From contig OZ255726.1 in NCBI GenBank assembly GCA_965277405.1, forward strand, positions 1,184,001 through 1,248,000: DNA of 64,000 bases, in the 5' to 3' direction. This document shows, piece by piece, positions 53,916 to 64,000 of the stretch. Every line of letters begins with the position of its first letter. The first letter of the stretch is position 1. The notes below the pieces were generated by a model. The model saw nothing but the letters and a program-made list of their open reading frames with translations. It was not told the DNA's origin and searched no databases. Source of the stretch: Gammaproteobacteria bacterium. GTDB taxonomy: Bacteria; Pseudomonadota; Gammaproteobacteria; G965277405. Both the position numbers and the translations under genes were made by a program.

Positions 53916-54383
53916 TTATGGAGACGGCGACTTCTTTTTTACAGTTGGGTCTTTCTTTGCAACTGCAGCACGGCTAGTAGCTGGTTTATTTGCGGCAGTT
54001 TTACGTAGCGTTGCTTTTGCAGCAGTAGCAGTTCGTGCTGTTGGTTTTTTAGTAGTTGGTGTCCGTGTAGTGGTTTTTTTAGCAGTAGTTGTATTAGTAG
54101 ATTTTGCATCTTCAGCTTTAGATTGCAAAGCAGCGCGGACTGCGGCAGCTTTTTGTGCATCATGTTTTACAGGTTGCGTAGCAGATTCACCAAGGTTAAT
54201 ATCATCCCTACGCGAACTGAGTAACTCTTCATCAAGCCCACGAAAAGAATCTTGTATGACTGAGTCCTTTTTGTTGTGTTGATTTGATGCTCCTTTGCTT
54301 CTACTCCTATTGATCAACGCATAAATAACCAATGCTACTATTAAAATAGCACCAAATAAAATTAGTAAATAATTAGTTTCCAT
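53916..54383 (-). CDS. Hypothetical single-pass membrane protein with a K/T/A-rich basic tail
   Basis: AGGAG RBS, N-terminal TM helix, low-complexity basic C-terminus. Confidence 0.75.
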   Translation of the reverse strand: METNYLLILFGAILIVALVIYALINRSRSKGASNQHNKKDSVIQDSFRGLDEELLSSRRDDINLGESATQPVKHDAQKAAAVRAALQSKAEDAKSTNTTTAKKTTTRTPTTKKPTARTATAAKATLRKTAANKPATSRAAVAKKDPTVKKKSPSP

Positions 54384-54428
54384 ACTTAGACTCCTTCTAA
54401 TACAAAAATATGTGTGGCGAGCATTACG

Positions 54429-54656
54429 TTACCTTATAGTTTTTTTTGCTGACTGTGTTGTAGTTTTTTTTTTGGGTTTGGTAATATCTGCAGGATCTGC
54501 TGCTAGCTTTTCTGGTTGATCATCGCCCATCGATTTCTTAAAACCTTTCAACGCACCACCCAAATCAGTACCGAGTGAGCGTAGCCGCTTCGTACCAAAA
54601 ATTAAAATTACAATTGCAAAGATAACGAGCAATTGCCAAATTCCAATACCTCCCAT
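54429..54656 (-). CDS. tatA: Twin-arginine translocase subunit TatA
   Basis: [10 protein letters not shown]...[19 protein letters not shown]. Confidence 0.96.
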   Translation of the reverse strand: MGGIGIWQLLVIFAIVILIFGTKRLRSLGTDLGGALKGFKKSMGDDQPEKLAADPADITKPKKKTTTQSAKKTIR

Positions 54657-54659
54657 GAT

Positions 54660-54998
54660 TTACTCCTTGTTATGTAAGCGTTGTTGTTTTTCAGCGAAGC
54701 CAGAAACACCTTGCCGCTTTGAAAGTTCATCTCCAATTGTATCAATTGGAATTTGACAATGTACCAGTAGTGCAGTTAAGTGAAATATCAAATCTGCCGA
54801 CTCATGCACAATTTCATGTTCTACTCCTGCGTGAGCAGCTGCTATAAGTTCATCACTTTCTTCGCGTATTTTTTCACACATTGCACCAATGCCATTGCTA
54901 TATAGTGAAGCAGCGTATGAAGTACGCGGATTAGCAGTAACACGAGCCAGTAGCGTTTTCTGGAGTTGTTCGATGCTATCGGCAAATGCGCGAGTCAT
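54660..54998 (-). CDS. hisE: Phosphoribosyl-ATP pyrophosphatase
   Basis: SY.ASL...G...KI.EE, ESADLIFH, R.G.SG..EK; usual position before tatA. Confidence 0.9.
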   Translation of the reverse strand: MTRAFADSIEQLQKTLLARVTANPRTSYAASLYSNGIGAMCEKIREESDELIAAAHAGVEHEIVHESADLIFHLTALLVHCQIPIDTIGDELSKRQGVSGFAEKQQRLHNKE

Positions 54999-56302
54999 TG
55001 TTGTTTCATAATTAATGAATAATAAAAGCCATCGTGACCATCAATTTTTGGCAATAGCTGCACGCCTGCAGAACATGTTTTACCATACATTGAGTTGGTC
55101 AGTGGTATTTTAATTTCAATGGCATCTCCTTGGTAATTAAGAAATTTGTCAACAATCTTTTGGTTTTCATGCGGAAAGATTGAGCATGTAGAATACAGGA
55201 GTCGACCGTCTGGTTTTAGGCATTGCCAAATGCGTTCTAGCAATAACGTTTGCGTGCGGGTTATTTCTTCAACACGTTGTTCAGACAACAACATGCGGAT
55301 ATCAGGATTGCGGCGAATCACTCCTGACGAAGAACAAGGCACGTCTAGCAAAATTCTATCGTATTGCTGTCCATCCCACCATGAGTGAATATCAGTTGCA
55401 TCAACACATTTATATGTAATGGTATATTCGAGTCGATCAAGGTTTTCTTGCAAACGTTGTAAACGAGATTCACTAATATCAAGTGCAGTAATATCAATCT
55501 GTCCGTCTGTCATTTCGAGCATGTGGGTGAGTTTTCCGCCAGGTGCTGCGCAAACATCAAGAACACGCATCCCTTTTTCTGGCGCGAGTATTTGGCTTGC
55601 TAGTTGTGATGCTTCGTCTTGCACACTGGCAAAACCATTAAAAAACTGTGGTATTTTTTCGACAGGAACAGCACGCAATAAGTATACACCATGGTGTGCA
55701 TCAATTGTCGGTAATGCTTCAAAGCGTTGATTACCAAGCATTTTTAAATAATGATCTCGCTTTATTTTATTTTGATTAACACGGAGGCATAATGGTGGTT
55801 TGGCATTGTTGGCTTTGATAATGGTGTGGTATTCTGTTGGATATAATTCGCGAATCGCATCGTATAACCATTGAGGATGCGCATGCTTGAATTCCTCTAT
55901 TTTATTTGCTGTACGGATGATTTTTTCTTTTTCATCAATAAACCTCCGCAGCAATGCGTTGATCATATTTCTTGCCCAAGGTTTATTCAGTCTACGCGAT
56001 GTTTCTACAACTTCATTGACTACCGCATAACTCGGTGAGCGCATGGCGTATAATTGGTATACCCCGACCAATAACATTGCTTGGACGCGAAACTCGTTCT
56101 TCTTTAATGGTTTATCTAATAACAGATTGATAATAAAATACAGACTAATGTGCCAGCGAACAGTGCCGTAACAAATTTCTTTGAGCCGCGGTTTTTGCTG
56201 GACAGGAATTCTTTTTGAAAAATCCTCGAGTAAAATACTCATGGAGCCACGCTCTTGTAATAAGCGCTCAACAACAAGTATTGCAGCTTGATGCACATTC
56301 AT
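54995..56302 (-). CDS. rsmB: 16S rRNA m5C967 methyltransferase
   Basis: NusB-like N-terminus, VQDEASQ, DVCAAPGGK, LLDVPCS, YSTCS. Confidence 0.93.
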   Translation of the reverse strand: MNVHQAAILVVERLLQERGSMSILLEDFSKRIPVQQKPRLKEICYGTVRWHISLYFIINLLLDKPLKKNEFRVQAMLLVGVYQLYAMRSPSYAVVNEVVETSRRLNKPWARNMINALLRRFIDEKEKIIRTANKIEEFKHAHPQWLYDAIRELYPTEYHTIIKANNAKPPLCLRVNQNKIKRDHYLKMLGNQRFEALPTIDAHHGVYLLRAVPVEKIPQFFNGFASVQDEASQLASQILAPEKGMRVLDVCAAPGGKLTHMLEMTDGQIDITALDISESRLQRLQENLDRLEYTITYKCVDATDIHSWWDGQQYDRILLDVPCSSSGVIRRNPDIRMLLSEQRVEEITRTQTLLLERIWQCLKPDGRLLYSTCSIFPHENQKIVDKFLNYQGDAIEIKIPLTNSMYGKTCSAGVQLLPKIDGHDGFYYSLIMKQQ

Positions 56303-56531
56303 GATTATGTTTTGCTGTAAATGATGTTCATTGATACTGAAATAGTGTGATGCAAATTGACCGCACAAGATAATACACATTATTTGCAAGCTGTGTGAGT
56401 AGAGAAGGTTCGCTACAGTCGATTGTTACTATATTTATAGTGCAACACAAGCGCAACCGCCGTCCAACATAGAGGGTTAACGTTAATTTTTTTTTTGGCC
56501 TTCTATTTATTGTATAAACGAGTGAATCGGC

Positions 56532-57365
56532 TCAAAAATTTTGTGGGTGTTGTCGTCCGCGCCTGGTCTGGTAGATAAAGGCGATGATAAAAATTGTACT
56601 CAGAATAAGGACGATGGTTGGGGCTGGGGCACTGTCGATATAGAAACTTAAATAAATACCGAAGAAACCAGAAATCAGCGTCACGATGACCGACAAGACA
56701 AGCATCCGCTCAAAACGCTTAGTCAACAAAAATGCAATTGCACCAGGGGCAATCAACAGGCTAATAGTAAGGATAATTCCCACTGCTTTCAGGGTGGCAA
56801 CAATCGTCAGCGACAGCAGGGCTAACAATCCATAATGCAATACCCCAACAGACAGCCCCGCAACTTTTGCCTGCGCCGGGTCAAACGCATGCAATAGCAA
56901 ATCACGGCGTTTTAACAAGATAGCAGTAACAACAAACAATGAAATCAATCCAGTGCTAACAATATCTGCCATGCCAACGCCGAGCATGTTGCCAAACAGA
57001 ATATGATTAAGATGCAGTTCTGTCTGGATTTTTGTGTACATTACAATGCCCAGACCAAACATACCAGAAAACACTACTCCCATCACCGTATCGTGTTTTA
57101 CTCGGGTGTTCGCTTTTAAAAACCCTGTGGCATTGGAACAAACCATCCCCGCGGCAAAAGCTCCGATGATTAGCGGAATATTGATGATATAGGCAAGCAC
57201 GATACCAGGGAGTACCGCATGACTAATCGCATCTCCCATCAGCGACCAACCTTTGAGCACAAGGTAGCATGATAACAGCCCAGTGGGCGCTGCAATGATT
57301 GCGGTGATAACAAACGCCTTGTGCATAAAAACAAATTGAAAGGCTAATAGTAATTCTTCAATCAT
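56532..57365 (-). CDS. sitD: Mn/Fe ABC transporter permease (SitD/YfeD)
   Basis: LVLKGWSLMGDAISHAVLPG. Confidence 0.88.
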   Translation of the reverse strand: MIEELLLAFQFVFMHKAFVITAIIAAPTGLLSCYLVLKGWSLMGDAISHAVLPGIVLAYIINIPLIIGAFAAGMVCSNATGFLKANTRVKHDTVMGVVFSGMFGLGIVMYTKIQTELHLNHILFGNMLGVGMADIVSTGLISLFVVTAILLKRRDLLLHAFDPAQAKVAGLSVGVLHYGLLALLSLTIVATLKAVGIILTISLLIAPGAIAFLLTKRFERMLVLSVIVTLISGFFGIYLSFYIDSAPAPTIVLILSTIFIIAFIYQTRRGRQHPQNF

Positions 57366-58222
57366 GTTATTGGCTCCAATACCTTGGCGGCACGACGGCG
57401 TGCCGCCAGATAGCCGTGTTTAGGAGCAAGGAAAAACGCCATAAGGAATAGCAGCGTTTGCAGACAAATGATGATGCCACCTGTCGCCCCATCGATGAAA
57501 AAACTGATATAAGCACCAATAAAATTGGTGGTAACACCAATTGCTACGCTCAACAACAGCAGTCGTTGGAAACGGTCGGTGAGCAGATACGCCGTGGCAC
57601 CAGGCGTCACCACCATCGCAATCACCAAAAAAGCTCCCACCGTTTGCAAGGCCGCAACGCAGGATGCAGACAGCAGCATAAAGAATATAACTTTGAGCCT
57701 ATCAGGGTTCAAGCCGATAGAACGGGCATGATTTTCATCAAAAAATGCCACCAGTAAATCTTTCCACTTCACCAACAAAACCGCCAGCGAAACAAATCCT
57801 ATGATTGCCAATTGCAGCGTGTCATACGCAGTAATAGCCAAAATATTTCCCATGGTAATGGTTTGGATATTGACCGACGACGGCGAGATCGAAACCATGA
57901 ACAGTCCCAAACCGAAGAACGAAGTAAATATTAGCCCGATGATAGCGTCTTCCTTAAGCCCTGAACGCTGGTTGAGAAAAAGCATCGCAGCTGCCGCCAA
58001 CCCGCCCGCCACAAACGCCCCAAGCGCGAAGGGTAGACCAAGCATGTAGGCACCAGCAACCCCAGGGACGATTGAGTGGCTCAGCGCATCGCCAATCAAC
58101 GACCAACCCTTGAGCATCAAATATGCAGAGAGAAAAGCACAAACCCCGCCAACCAGCGCGCTTACCCACATCGCATTGGTCATGTAGGTATAGTTAAACG
58201 GCAACAGCAGCGTGTCGATCAT
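57362..58222 (-). CDS. sitC: Mn/Fe ABC transporter permease (SitC/YfeC)
   Basis: [20 protein letters not shown]. Confidence 0.9.
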   Translation of the reverse strand: MIDTLLLPFNYTYMTNAMWVSALVGGVCAFLSAYLMLKGWSLIGDALSHSIVPGVAGAYMLGLPFALGAFVAGGLAAAAMLFLNQRSGLKEDAIIGLIFTSFFGLGLFMVSISPSSVNIQTITMGNILAITAYDTLQLAIIGFVSLAVLLVKWKDLLVAFFDENHARSIGLNPDRLKVIFFMLLSASCVAALQTVGAFLVIAMVVTPGATAYLLTDRFQRLLLLSVAIGVTTNFIGAYISFFIDGATGGIIICLQTLLFLMAFFLAPKHGYLAARRRAAKVLEPIT

Positions 58223-59160
58223 TTATCGTCCTCCACCTTGGTGGTTTTCACTGTATCGTCCTCCACCTTGGTGGTTTTTACTTTATCGTCATACACAACC
58301 AATGGGCGTTCATCGTCGGTGATTACCGTCACCTGACGACCATCATCATCGTCGTGTAAATCTTTGCCTCCGAGGACAAAGTGGCGCAACACCCCGCCAA
58401 ATGCTTTTTCGAGATTGCGTTGCGTGAAAGTATCTGCGGTTAATCCATATGCAAGCACAGTACCTTTGACCAATACCGTATGGTCGCAAAATTCAGGTAC
58501 TGACCCAAGGTTGTGGGTTGCCACCAGCATCACCTTGTTTTCGTTGCGCATGTCGCGCAACAATTCGATGATAGCGTCTTCGGTTTTTACATCAATACCG
58601 GTGAATGGTTCGTCGAGGAGGATGACCTGGCTATTTTGTGCCAGCGCCCGGGCTAAGAACACCCGCTTGCGCTGCCCGCCTGAAAGTTCACCAATCTGGC
58701 GGTGACGAAATTCCGTCATCCCAACACGCTCAAGCGCAACATCAACGGCATTGCGGTCGGTTTTACGCGGAATGCGCATAAAATTCATATGCCCATACCG
58801 CCCCATCATTACAACATTTTCCACCAGCACAGGGAAGGACCAATCTACCTCTTCGGCTTGAGGCACATACGCGACCATGTTTTGTTTGAGTGCTTCTTTA
58901 ACCGGTAGACCAAAGATTGAAATCGTTCCATTAGTGGTAGGGACGAAGTCCATTAGCGCCTTGAACAATGTTGATTTTCCCGCTCCATTCACCCCCACCA
59001 GTGCAGTGATGCTGGCAGTCATAATTTCAAAACTTGCAGCATGCAATGCTGTGCAACCGTTTTTATAGGTGACGGTTACGTTTTCTGCACGAATCCCGAC
59101 GGTGGCGGTGGCGGTGGCGGTGGTGGTGGTGGTGGTGGTGGTGGTGGTGGCTGGTAGCAT
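58219..59160 (-). CDS. sitB: Mn/Fe ABC transporter ATPase (SitB/YfeB)
   Basis: [36 protein letters not shown]. Confidence 0.92.
   Translation of the reverse strand: MLPATTTTTTTTTTATATATVGIRAENVTVTYKNGCTALHAASFEIMTASITALVGVNGAGKSTLFKALMDFVPTTNGTISIFGLPVKEALKQNMVAYVPQAEEVDWSFPVLVENVVMMGRYGHMNFMRIPRKTDRNAVDVALERVGMTEFRHRQIGELSGGQRKRVFLARALAQNSQVILLDEPFTGIDVKTEDAIIELLRDMRNENKVMLVATHNLGSVPEFCDHTVLVKGTVLAYGLTADTFTQRNLEKAFGGVLRHFVLGGKDLHDDDDGRQVTVITDDERPLVVYDDKVKTTKVEDDTVKTTKVEDDK
58224..58290. repeat. 30-bp in-frame tandem repeat at the sitB 3' end
   Basis: TATCGTCCTCCACCTTGGTGGTTTT twice, 30-bp period (VKTTKVEDD x2). Confidence 0.9.
59101..59150. repeat. (ACC)10 plus (GCCACC)3 microsatellite encoding poly-Thr/Ala-Thr at the SitB N-terminus
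   Basis: GGTGGC and GGT runs on the + strand. Confidence 0.92.
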
Positions 59161-59171
59161 GAATTCTTTAT

Positions 59172-60071
59172 TTAGTTGGGGGAGGTTAGACCCGCAACAA
59201 TAGTTGCTGAGGTAACGCGCAATAGTTCTAGATAGCTAGGCACTTTACCGTCCGCATCGGTGAGGGAATCAACATACAGCACCCCAGCAAATGTAGCACC
59301 TGTTTCGCGTGCCACCTGTTTTGCAGGGGCACTCCTCACGGTGCTTTCGCAAAAAACGGCGCGTATTTTATGTTGCCGCACCTTGTCAATTACCTTGCGA
59401 ACCTGCTGTGGAGTGCCAGTCTGCTCGGCGTTGATCGGCCATAGATATAGCTCTTGCATTGCAAAATCGCGGATTAAATAGCTGAACGCACCTTCGCAGC
59501 TTACCAGCCAGCGTTGTTCATACGGCACGGCCAAAATTGCGTCGCGTAACGGCGCGATCGCAGCACTAAGTTCGAGTTTGTAACGTGCTGCATTGGTTGT
59601 ATAGGCTGCTGCATTATCCGGGTCGTATTTGGAAAAAGCATTGCGAATATTGTCTACATAAATAAAAGCATTTTCCAATGACATCCACGCATGAGGATTT
59701 GGTTTGCCGTTGTATGCCCCCTCAGTAATTCCAATCGGCACAACGCCATCGCTAAGGGTGACGCTAGGTACAGCAGAAAGGTTGTTGAAAAATTGCTTGA
59801 ACCACAGTTCGAGGTTTAACCCATTCCACAAAATCAAATCCGCACCCTGTGCCCGCAAGATATCGTGCGGAGTGGGTGCATAGCCGTGAATTTCAGCACC
59901 AGGCCTGGTGATAGATTCCACAATCACCGTATTACCGCCGACAGTGGCAGCCATATCGGCAATAACTGTGAAGGTGGTGATGACTTTAAGTTTGTCTTTA
60001 GCCAACGCTGTATTGATAACAGCCACAGTCAATAAGATGGTAGCAATTAAGAATTTGGTAAATTTTATCAT
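59172..60071 (-). CDS. sitA: Mn/Fe ABC transporter substrate-binding protein (SitA/YfeA)
   Basis: GAEIHGY.PTP.D, NPHAWMS, EGAFSYL, LYVDSL. Confidence 0.92.
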   Translation of the reverse strand: MIKFTKFLIATILLTVAVINTALAKDKLKVITTFTVIADMAATVGGNTVIVESITRPGAEIHGYAPTPHDILRAQGADLILWNGLNLELWFKQFFNNLSAVPSVTLSDGVVPIGITEGAYNGKPNPHAWMSLENAFIYVDNIRNAFSKYDPDNAAAYTTNAARYKLELSAAIAPLRDAILAVPYEQRWLVSCEGAFSYLIRDFAMQELYLWPINAEQTGTPQQVRKVIDKVRQHKIRAVFCESTVRSAPAKQVARETGATFAGVLYVDSLTDADGKVPSYLELLRVTSATIVAGLTSPN

Positions 60072-60184
60072 GAGGATTTCTATTTTTAGAATTTACGAGG
60101 ATTGTATGAGAATGATTCTCAACTTTTATCATGAGGATTTCTATTTTTAGAATTTACGAGGATTGTATGAGAATGATTCTCAAC
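60063..60184. repeat. Exact 61-bp tandem duplication of the sitA start and promoter region
   Basis: 60063-60123 is identical to 60124-60184. Confidence 0.95.
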
Positions 60185-60190
60185 TGTCAA
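60162..60190 (-). promoter_or_regulatory. Sigma-70 promoter of sitABCD with a Fur-type box filling the spacer (second box at 60107-60121)
   Basis: Minus strand TTGACA-GTTGAGAATCATTCTCA(17 nt)-TACAAT; 7-1-7 palindrome TGAGAATnATTCTCA. Confidence 0.85.
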
Positions 60191-60219
60191 CGCGGTTAAT
60201 CAGGAAACGCCAACATGAA

Positions 60220-61161
60220 TTACTCAAATTGTCTGATAGCTGTGTAGGTATTCTTATACAGTTGGATAAATTGTGTTGCTGTCATAATTCTTTTTCCTGC
60301 AATTTGGATACGTAATAATTCGACAGCATCTTTACCACAATCAACAATGATGGCATCATTTTCAATATGAATATAACCAGGAGCGGCTGGTTGGTTGTTA
60401 GGAAAAAACTGCGCAGCAGCAATCTTAACGCGAATGCCAGATAGTGTGGTCCACGCAGCAGGTTGTGGTGAAAACGCTTGAATGCTGCGCATTACAATTA
60501 TGGCGGGTGCATCCCAACTGATTTTTCTATCTGCAGCGGTAATCTTGTAAGCGTAGCTCACCCCATGAGTGCTTTGTATAACTGGGTCCAGTCGATTTGG
60601 CAGAGCAGCTAACAGTTGACAAAACTGATCAGCTGCAATCGATACACAATCGTTGTATATTTGAGCAGCAGTTGTTTGTGGGGTAATTTGCAGTGTGGTA
60701 GTTGCATGCACAGGTCCAGTATCGAGCCCTTCTTCCATCTGCATTAAGCTCATCCCCGTCTCATTGTCACCTGCCAAGATGGCGCGCTCTATTGGTGCTG
60801 CACCACGCCAACGCGGTAGTATTGAGGCATGTGCATTGACACAGCCATAGCGAGGAGCATTGAGAAAATTGCGTGGTAGAATTTGTCCATACGCTATTAC
60901 AAAAACAATGTCTGCTTGCAATGTGCTGAGATGATGAATGGAGTCCTTATCTATCCGCTTAGGTTGATATACGGCAAGGTGATTATCCTTGGCACGTTGT
61001 TTTACAGCGCTAGGTTGCATGATTCGCCCACGCCCAGACCTGCTATCTGGTTGGGTATATACAGCAATAATGTGCAAACCACGTTCGAGTAATACTGTCA
61101 GAACATTGGCAGCAAACACTGAGGTACCCATGAAAATAATCTTCAATTTTTTCTTATCCAC
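60220..61161 (-). CDS. fmt: Methionyl-tRNA formyltransferase
   Basis: IIFMGT, VYTQPD..SGRG, HASILPRWRGAAPI. Confidence 0.95.
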   Translation of the reverse strand: MDKKKLKIIFMGTSVFAANVLTVLLERGLHIIAVYTQPDSRSGRGRIMQPSAVKQRAKDNHLAVYQPKRIDKDSIHHLSTLQADIVFVIAYGQILPRNFLNAPRYGCVNAHASILPRWRGAAPIERAILAGDNETGMSLMQMEEGLDTGPVHATTTLQITPQTTAAQIYNDCVSIAADQFCQLLAALPNRLDPVIQSTHGVSYAYKITAADRKISWDAPAIIVMRSIQAFSPQPAAWTTLSGIRVKIAAAQFFPNNQPAAPGYIHIENDAIIVDCGKDAVELLRIQIAGKRIMTATQFIQLYKNTYTAIRQFE

Positions 61162-61164
61162 GGA

Positions 61165-61677
61165 CTATTTTGCGACCGCCTCCCGCTGAGCCTTCAGCAT
61201 TTTAGACTTAACCCGACTGCGTTTTAATGGTGAAATGTAGTCAATAAATAATGTGCCGTCAAGGTGGTCACATTCGTGTTGAATACACACAGCAAGCAGT
61301 CCTGCAGCGTGCTCTTTATAATGATTTCCTGTTATATCCTGCCAAGAAACAGCAACATTTTTTGGACGCTCGATTTCTTCAAAATATCCTGGCACAGATA
61401 AACAACCTTCGGTATACGCCGCAGGTTCTTGTGTAAGTACTTGTATAACTGGATTGATAAAAACACGAGGTTCTGCTTCTTCTTCGCCAATATCCATGAC
61501 GACAACCCGTAATGCCACATCAACTTGTGGTGCTGCTAAACCAATTCCATTGGCGGTATACATCGTTGCAAACATATCAGTCACGAGTGTTACTAACTTA
61601 GCGTCAAACACTGCAACAGGCTGCGCAATGCGTTTTAAGTGCGGATGAGGATATTCAAGAATGGTCAGGATGCTCAT
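61165..61677 (-). CDS. def: Peptide deformylase
   Basis: GIGLAAPQ, EGCLS, QHECDHL. Confidence 0.97.
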   Translation of the reverse strand: MSILTILEYPHPHLKRIAQPVAVFDAKLVTLVTDMFATMYTANGIGLAAPQVDVALRVVVMDIGEEEAEPRVFINPVIQVLTQEPAAYTEGCLSVPGYFEEIERPKNVAVSWQDITGNHYKEHAAGLLAVCIQHECDHLDGTLFIDYISPLKRSRVKSKMLKAQREAVAK

Positions 61678-61792
61678 TTTGGTATTGCATTTTTAGATGA
61701 GGATGTATTGTAGCAACTATACAAATAAAAAGTTGTATTGAAAATATCCAAGCACGGCATCAGTTAATAATATATGGAGAACAGCAGCATAT

Positions 61793-62218
61793 ATGTGTAC
61801 CAGTAAAGCAGCAGTGCTTGGTTTTGATTATGGTAAACGCAGAACTGGTGTTGCTGTAGCCGATTGGCAGGGGCATTCGATTACACCACTGGCAATTATT
61901 AACCCGCGCGATCAACAAGCTCTACGCTATGTTTTGTCAGAATGGCTGCCAGATATCATAGTGATGGGCCTCCCGGTAACGATGAGAGGCAACCATTGCG
62001 ATAATGTAGATCGCACCCGACATTTTGTTACTGTAATACAAGGAATTCTGCAAGTACGTGTGGCTTGGGCTGACGAACGACTTACGACCAAAGAGCAACG
62101 CTACGACGCGCAAGTATATGGCGATGAGCAACCAAAACATGTCGATAGCCTCGTTGCTTGTGCACTGTTGCGCCAATGGTTTGGCGATGAAAAAAAACGT
62201 AGCGCTTCTTTACTTTAA
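61793..62218 (+). CDS. yqgF: YqgF/RuvX family nuclease
   Basis: LGFDYGKRRTGVAV, GLP, DERLTT, DSLVA. Confidence 0.9.
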   Translation: MCTSKAAVLGFDYGKRRTGVAVADWQGHSITPLAIINPRDQQALRYVLSEWLPDIIVMGLPVTMRGNHCDNVDRTRHFVTVIQGILQVRVAWADERLTTKEQRYDAQVYGDEQPKHVDSLVACALLRQWFGDEKKRSASLL

Positions 62219-62998
62219 ATCAGCGTTTTGATTGATAGCAACAGGCTGTTGCGCTAAATAATTGGGAAAATCTTTTTCTAATCTTAATTGTGTTTTATCA
62301 GCAAGGTCGAGCAAGCCAAGTTGTCGATACCCCGCTGCCATGAGGGCAAGAGCTTGTGGTACAACAGGTGTGCTTGGGTAGCGTTCTATTATGTGTTGAC
62401 CACGGTTGATTGCCGCCAATAGTATATTATTTTGCAAATAATGCTTCCCAATCTCAAGCTCAGCTAAAGCTTGCTGATTGCGGATATATATCATCCGTTG
62501 GCGAGAGTCTGTTGCGTATTTACTATATGGATATAGGTTAGTCAACTTTGATAATGCACGAAAGGCCTGTGTTAAATACCCTTGATCTCGTGTATATGCA
62601 GGAACTTTGAGATATTTAACAGCAAATTGCGATTGGCTGTCCATCCAACTCAGCGCCCGAGTATACAGCACATAATCGATTTGATCAGAATCAGCAAAGC
62701 TGCGCTCAAAACGGTAGCCGATGGCACGGGTTTTCGTCAACTTGTTAAGTTGCAGCGATACCGCAAGTGCTTCCAGCATTCCTTGTTCGCTATATTGGCT
62801 AAACGGGAAATGTGTCAATAAACCATCAAGCTGAATTTCGGCAGTCAAATAATTTTCGTTGTCGATTGCTGCAATGCCGCGATCAAACCAGTGTTTTGCT
62901 GTTATCTCATCAGGTGATGTTGCACAGCCTGAGACTATGACAAGCAAGACATACAGGCAGGCGAGTAATTTAATGTGTGGATAATTGATGTACTGCAT
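62210..62998 (-). CDS. bamD: Outer membrane assembly lipoprotein BamD
   Basis: Lipobox VSGC, FPFSQYSEQ, DYVLY.RAL, RD, YP.SKYA.D..QRM. Confidence 0.85.
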   Translation of the reverse strand: MQYINYPHIKLLACLYVLLVIVSGCATSPDEITAKHWFDRGIAAIDNENYLTAEIQLDGLLTHFPFSQYSEQGMLEALAVSLQLNKLTKTRAIGYRFERSFADSDQIDYVLYTRALSWMDSQSQFAVKYLKVPAYTRDQGYLTQAFRALSKLTNLYPYSKYATDSRQRMIYIRNQQALAELEIGKHYLQNNILLAAINRGQHIIERYPSTPVVPQALALMAAGYRQLGLLDLADKTQLRLEKDFPNYLAQQPVAINQNADLK

Positions 62999-64000
62999 CG
63001 ACGAATGTCCGTACGTGTTCAGGGTTAATATCTGGAGTCACTCCGTGACCAAGATTGGCAATATAGCGCGTATGACCAAAATGTGCGATCATCTTAGCAA
63101 CCATTTGTATTATAACATCAGGTTGGCAACGCAGTGCGGCTGGGTCTAAGTTTCCTTGTAAAGTGATAGTATGTTGCGTAGCTTCTCTTGCAACCTGTGG
63201 GTCTACTGTCCAATCGAGACCAATTCCAGCTGGCTGAATAGCCGCAATATGTGATAACCAGCTACCAGCATTTTTTGTAAATACAACTACTGGAGTATCA
63301 GGGTGGGATGCTTTAAGTGCAACAACAATTTGCTGCATTGGTTGCAAAGAGAATTGTAAATACGCCTCAAAAGATAATATGCCACCCCATGTATCAAAAA
63401 TTTGCACGGCATCACATCCAGCCTGGATTTTTGCCCGAAGGTAGTCAATAACAGCGGCGGTGTTTTTCTCAATCAACGCGCTGAGCAGCTCTGGTGCGCT
63501 ATATGCCATATGTTTGGCGTGGTCAAAATTACCAGCTTTTCCCTCAATCATATAGCAGGCAAGTGTCCAAGGACTACCAGCAAAACCAATCAGCGGTACA
63601 GTATTAGACAATGCAGATTTTGTGGCTGCTACAGCATCGGTAACATAGCGTAAATCAGTAGCAATATTAACCTTCGGTAATTGTTCGATATCTGCTTCTG
63701 TGCGAATAGATTTGGCAAACCGCGGCCCTTCACCTGCTACAAATGTTAAACCAAGACCCATGGCATCTGGAATGGTGAGAATATCAGAAAACACAATCGC
63801 CGCGTCTAGATCAAATCGAGCCAGTGGTTGTAAAGCCACTTCACAAGCTAAGGCAGGATTTTGACACATAGCCATAAAGTTGCCAGCTTTGTTGCGGAGC
63901 TTGCGGTATTCAGGTAAGTAGCGACCAGCTTGGCGCATCAACCAAACAGGAATGCGTTCAGTAGGCCTACCGCGTAACGCGTCAATATAGCTTGGGTTAA
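62970..64000 (-). CDS. hemE: Uroporphyrinogen decarboxylase, 5' end outside the window
   Basis: PVWLMRQAGRYLPEY, FSDIL, NLGHG; frame open to the window edge. Confidence 0.95.
   Translation of the reverse strand, partial: NPSYIDALRGRPTERIPVWLMRQAGRYLPEYRKLRNKAGNFMAMCQNPALACEVALQPLARFDLDAAIVFSDILTIPDAMGLGLTFVAGEGPRFAKSIRTEADIEQLPKVNIATDLRYVTDAVAATKSALSNTVPLIGFAGSPWTLACYMIEGKAGNFDHAKHMAYSAPELLSALIEKNTAAVIDYLRAKIQAGCDAVQIFDTWGGILSFEAYLQFSLQPMQQIVVALKASHPDTPVVVFTKNAGSWLSHIAAIQPAGIGLDWTVDPQVAREATQHTITLQGNLDPAALRCQPDVIIQMVAKMIAHFGHTRYIANLGHGVTPDINPEHVRTFVDAVHQLSTH

Noticed and set aside
60194-60208. GGTTAATCAGGAAAC as another element right end
   Set aside because: Only about 9 nt match, with no partner end or target duplication.

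Overview
Chromosomal window from a gammaproteobacterium with divergent, largely housekeeping genes: metX/metW, ppa, leuD-leuB-asd-fimV, clpB, dapA, fhs, aroC and a class II DAHP synthase, hisB, mlaFEDCCB-ibaG-murA-hisG, hldE, RNase P RNA, pckA, the complete atp operon, dusA-tsaE-amidase-avtA, tat, rsmB, sitABCD, fmt-def, bamD and hemE. Four accessory layers stand out. (1) A family of about 270-290 bp non-coding miniature elements with IS5-like GGAA(G/C)CTCTGATTAA terminal repeats and 4-bp target duplications. Each carries two convergent copies of a shared stem-loop module. There are four full copies, one older copy hosting a nested insertion, a 46-bp mini copy and end fragments, all in the same orientation. 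(2) An AT-rich island at 30.5-37.8 kb. Two dead IS5-family copies bracket an intact fused endonuclease-methyltransferase plus specificity subunit and a nonsense-inactivated putative plasmid Rep. (3) Repeated tandem duplications of gene starts and promoters (hisB/ABC binding protein, sitA Fur-box promoter, atpD start). (4) Individual oddities: fimV split at an A12 run, an agmatine-deiminase homologue lacking its catalytic Cys, and an extra membrane-anchored basic protein inside tatABC. All calls come from reading the sequence by eye; no database searches were run.
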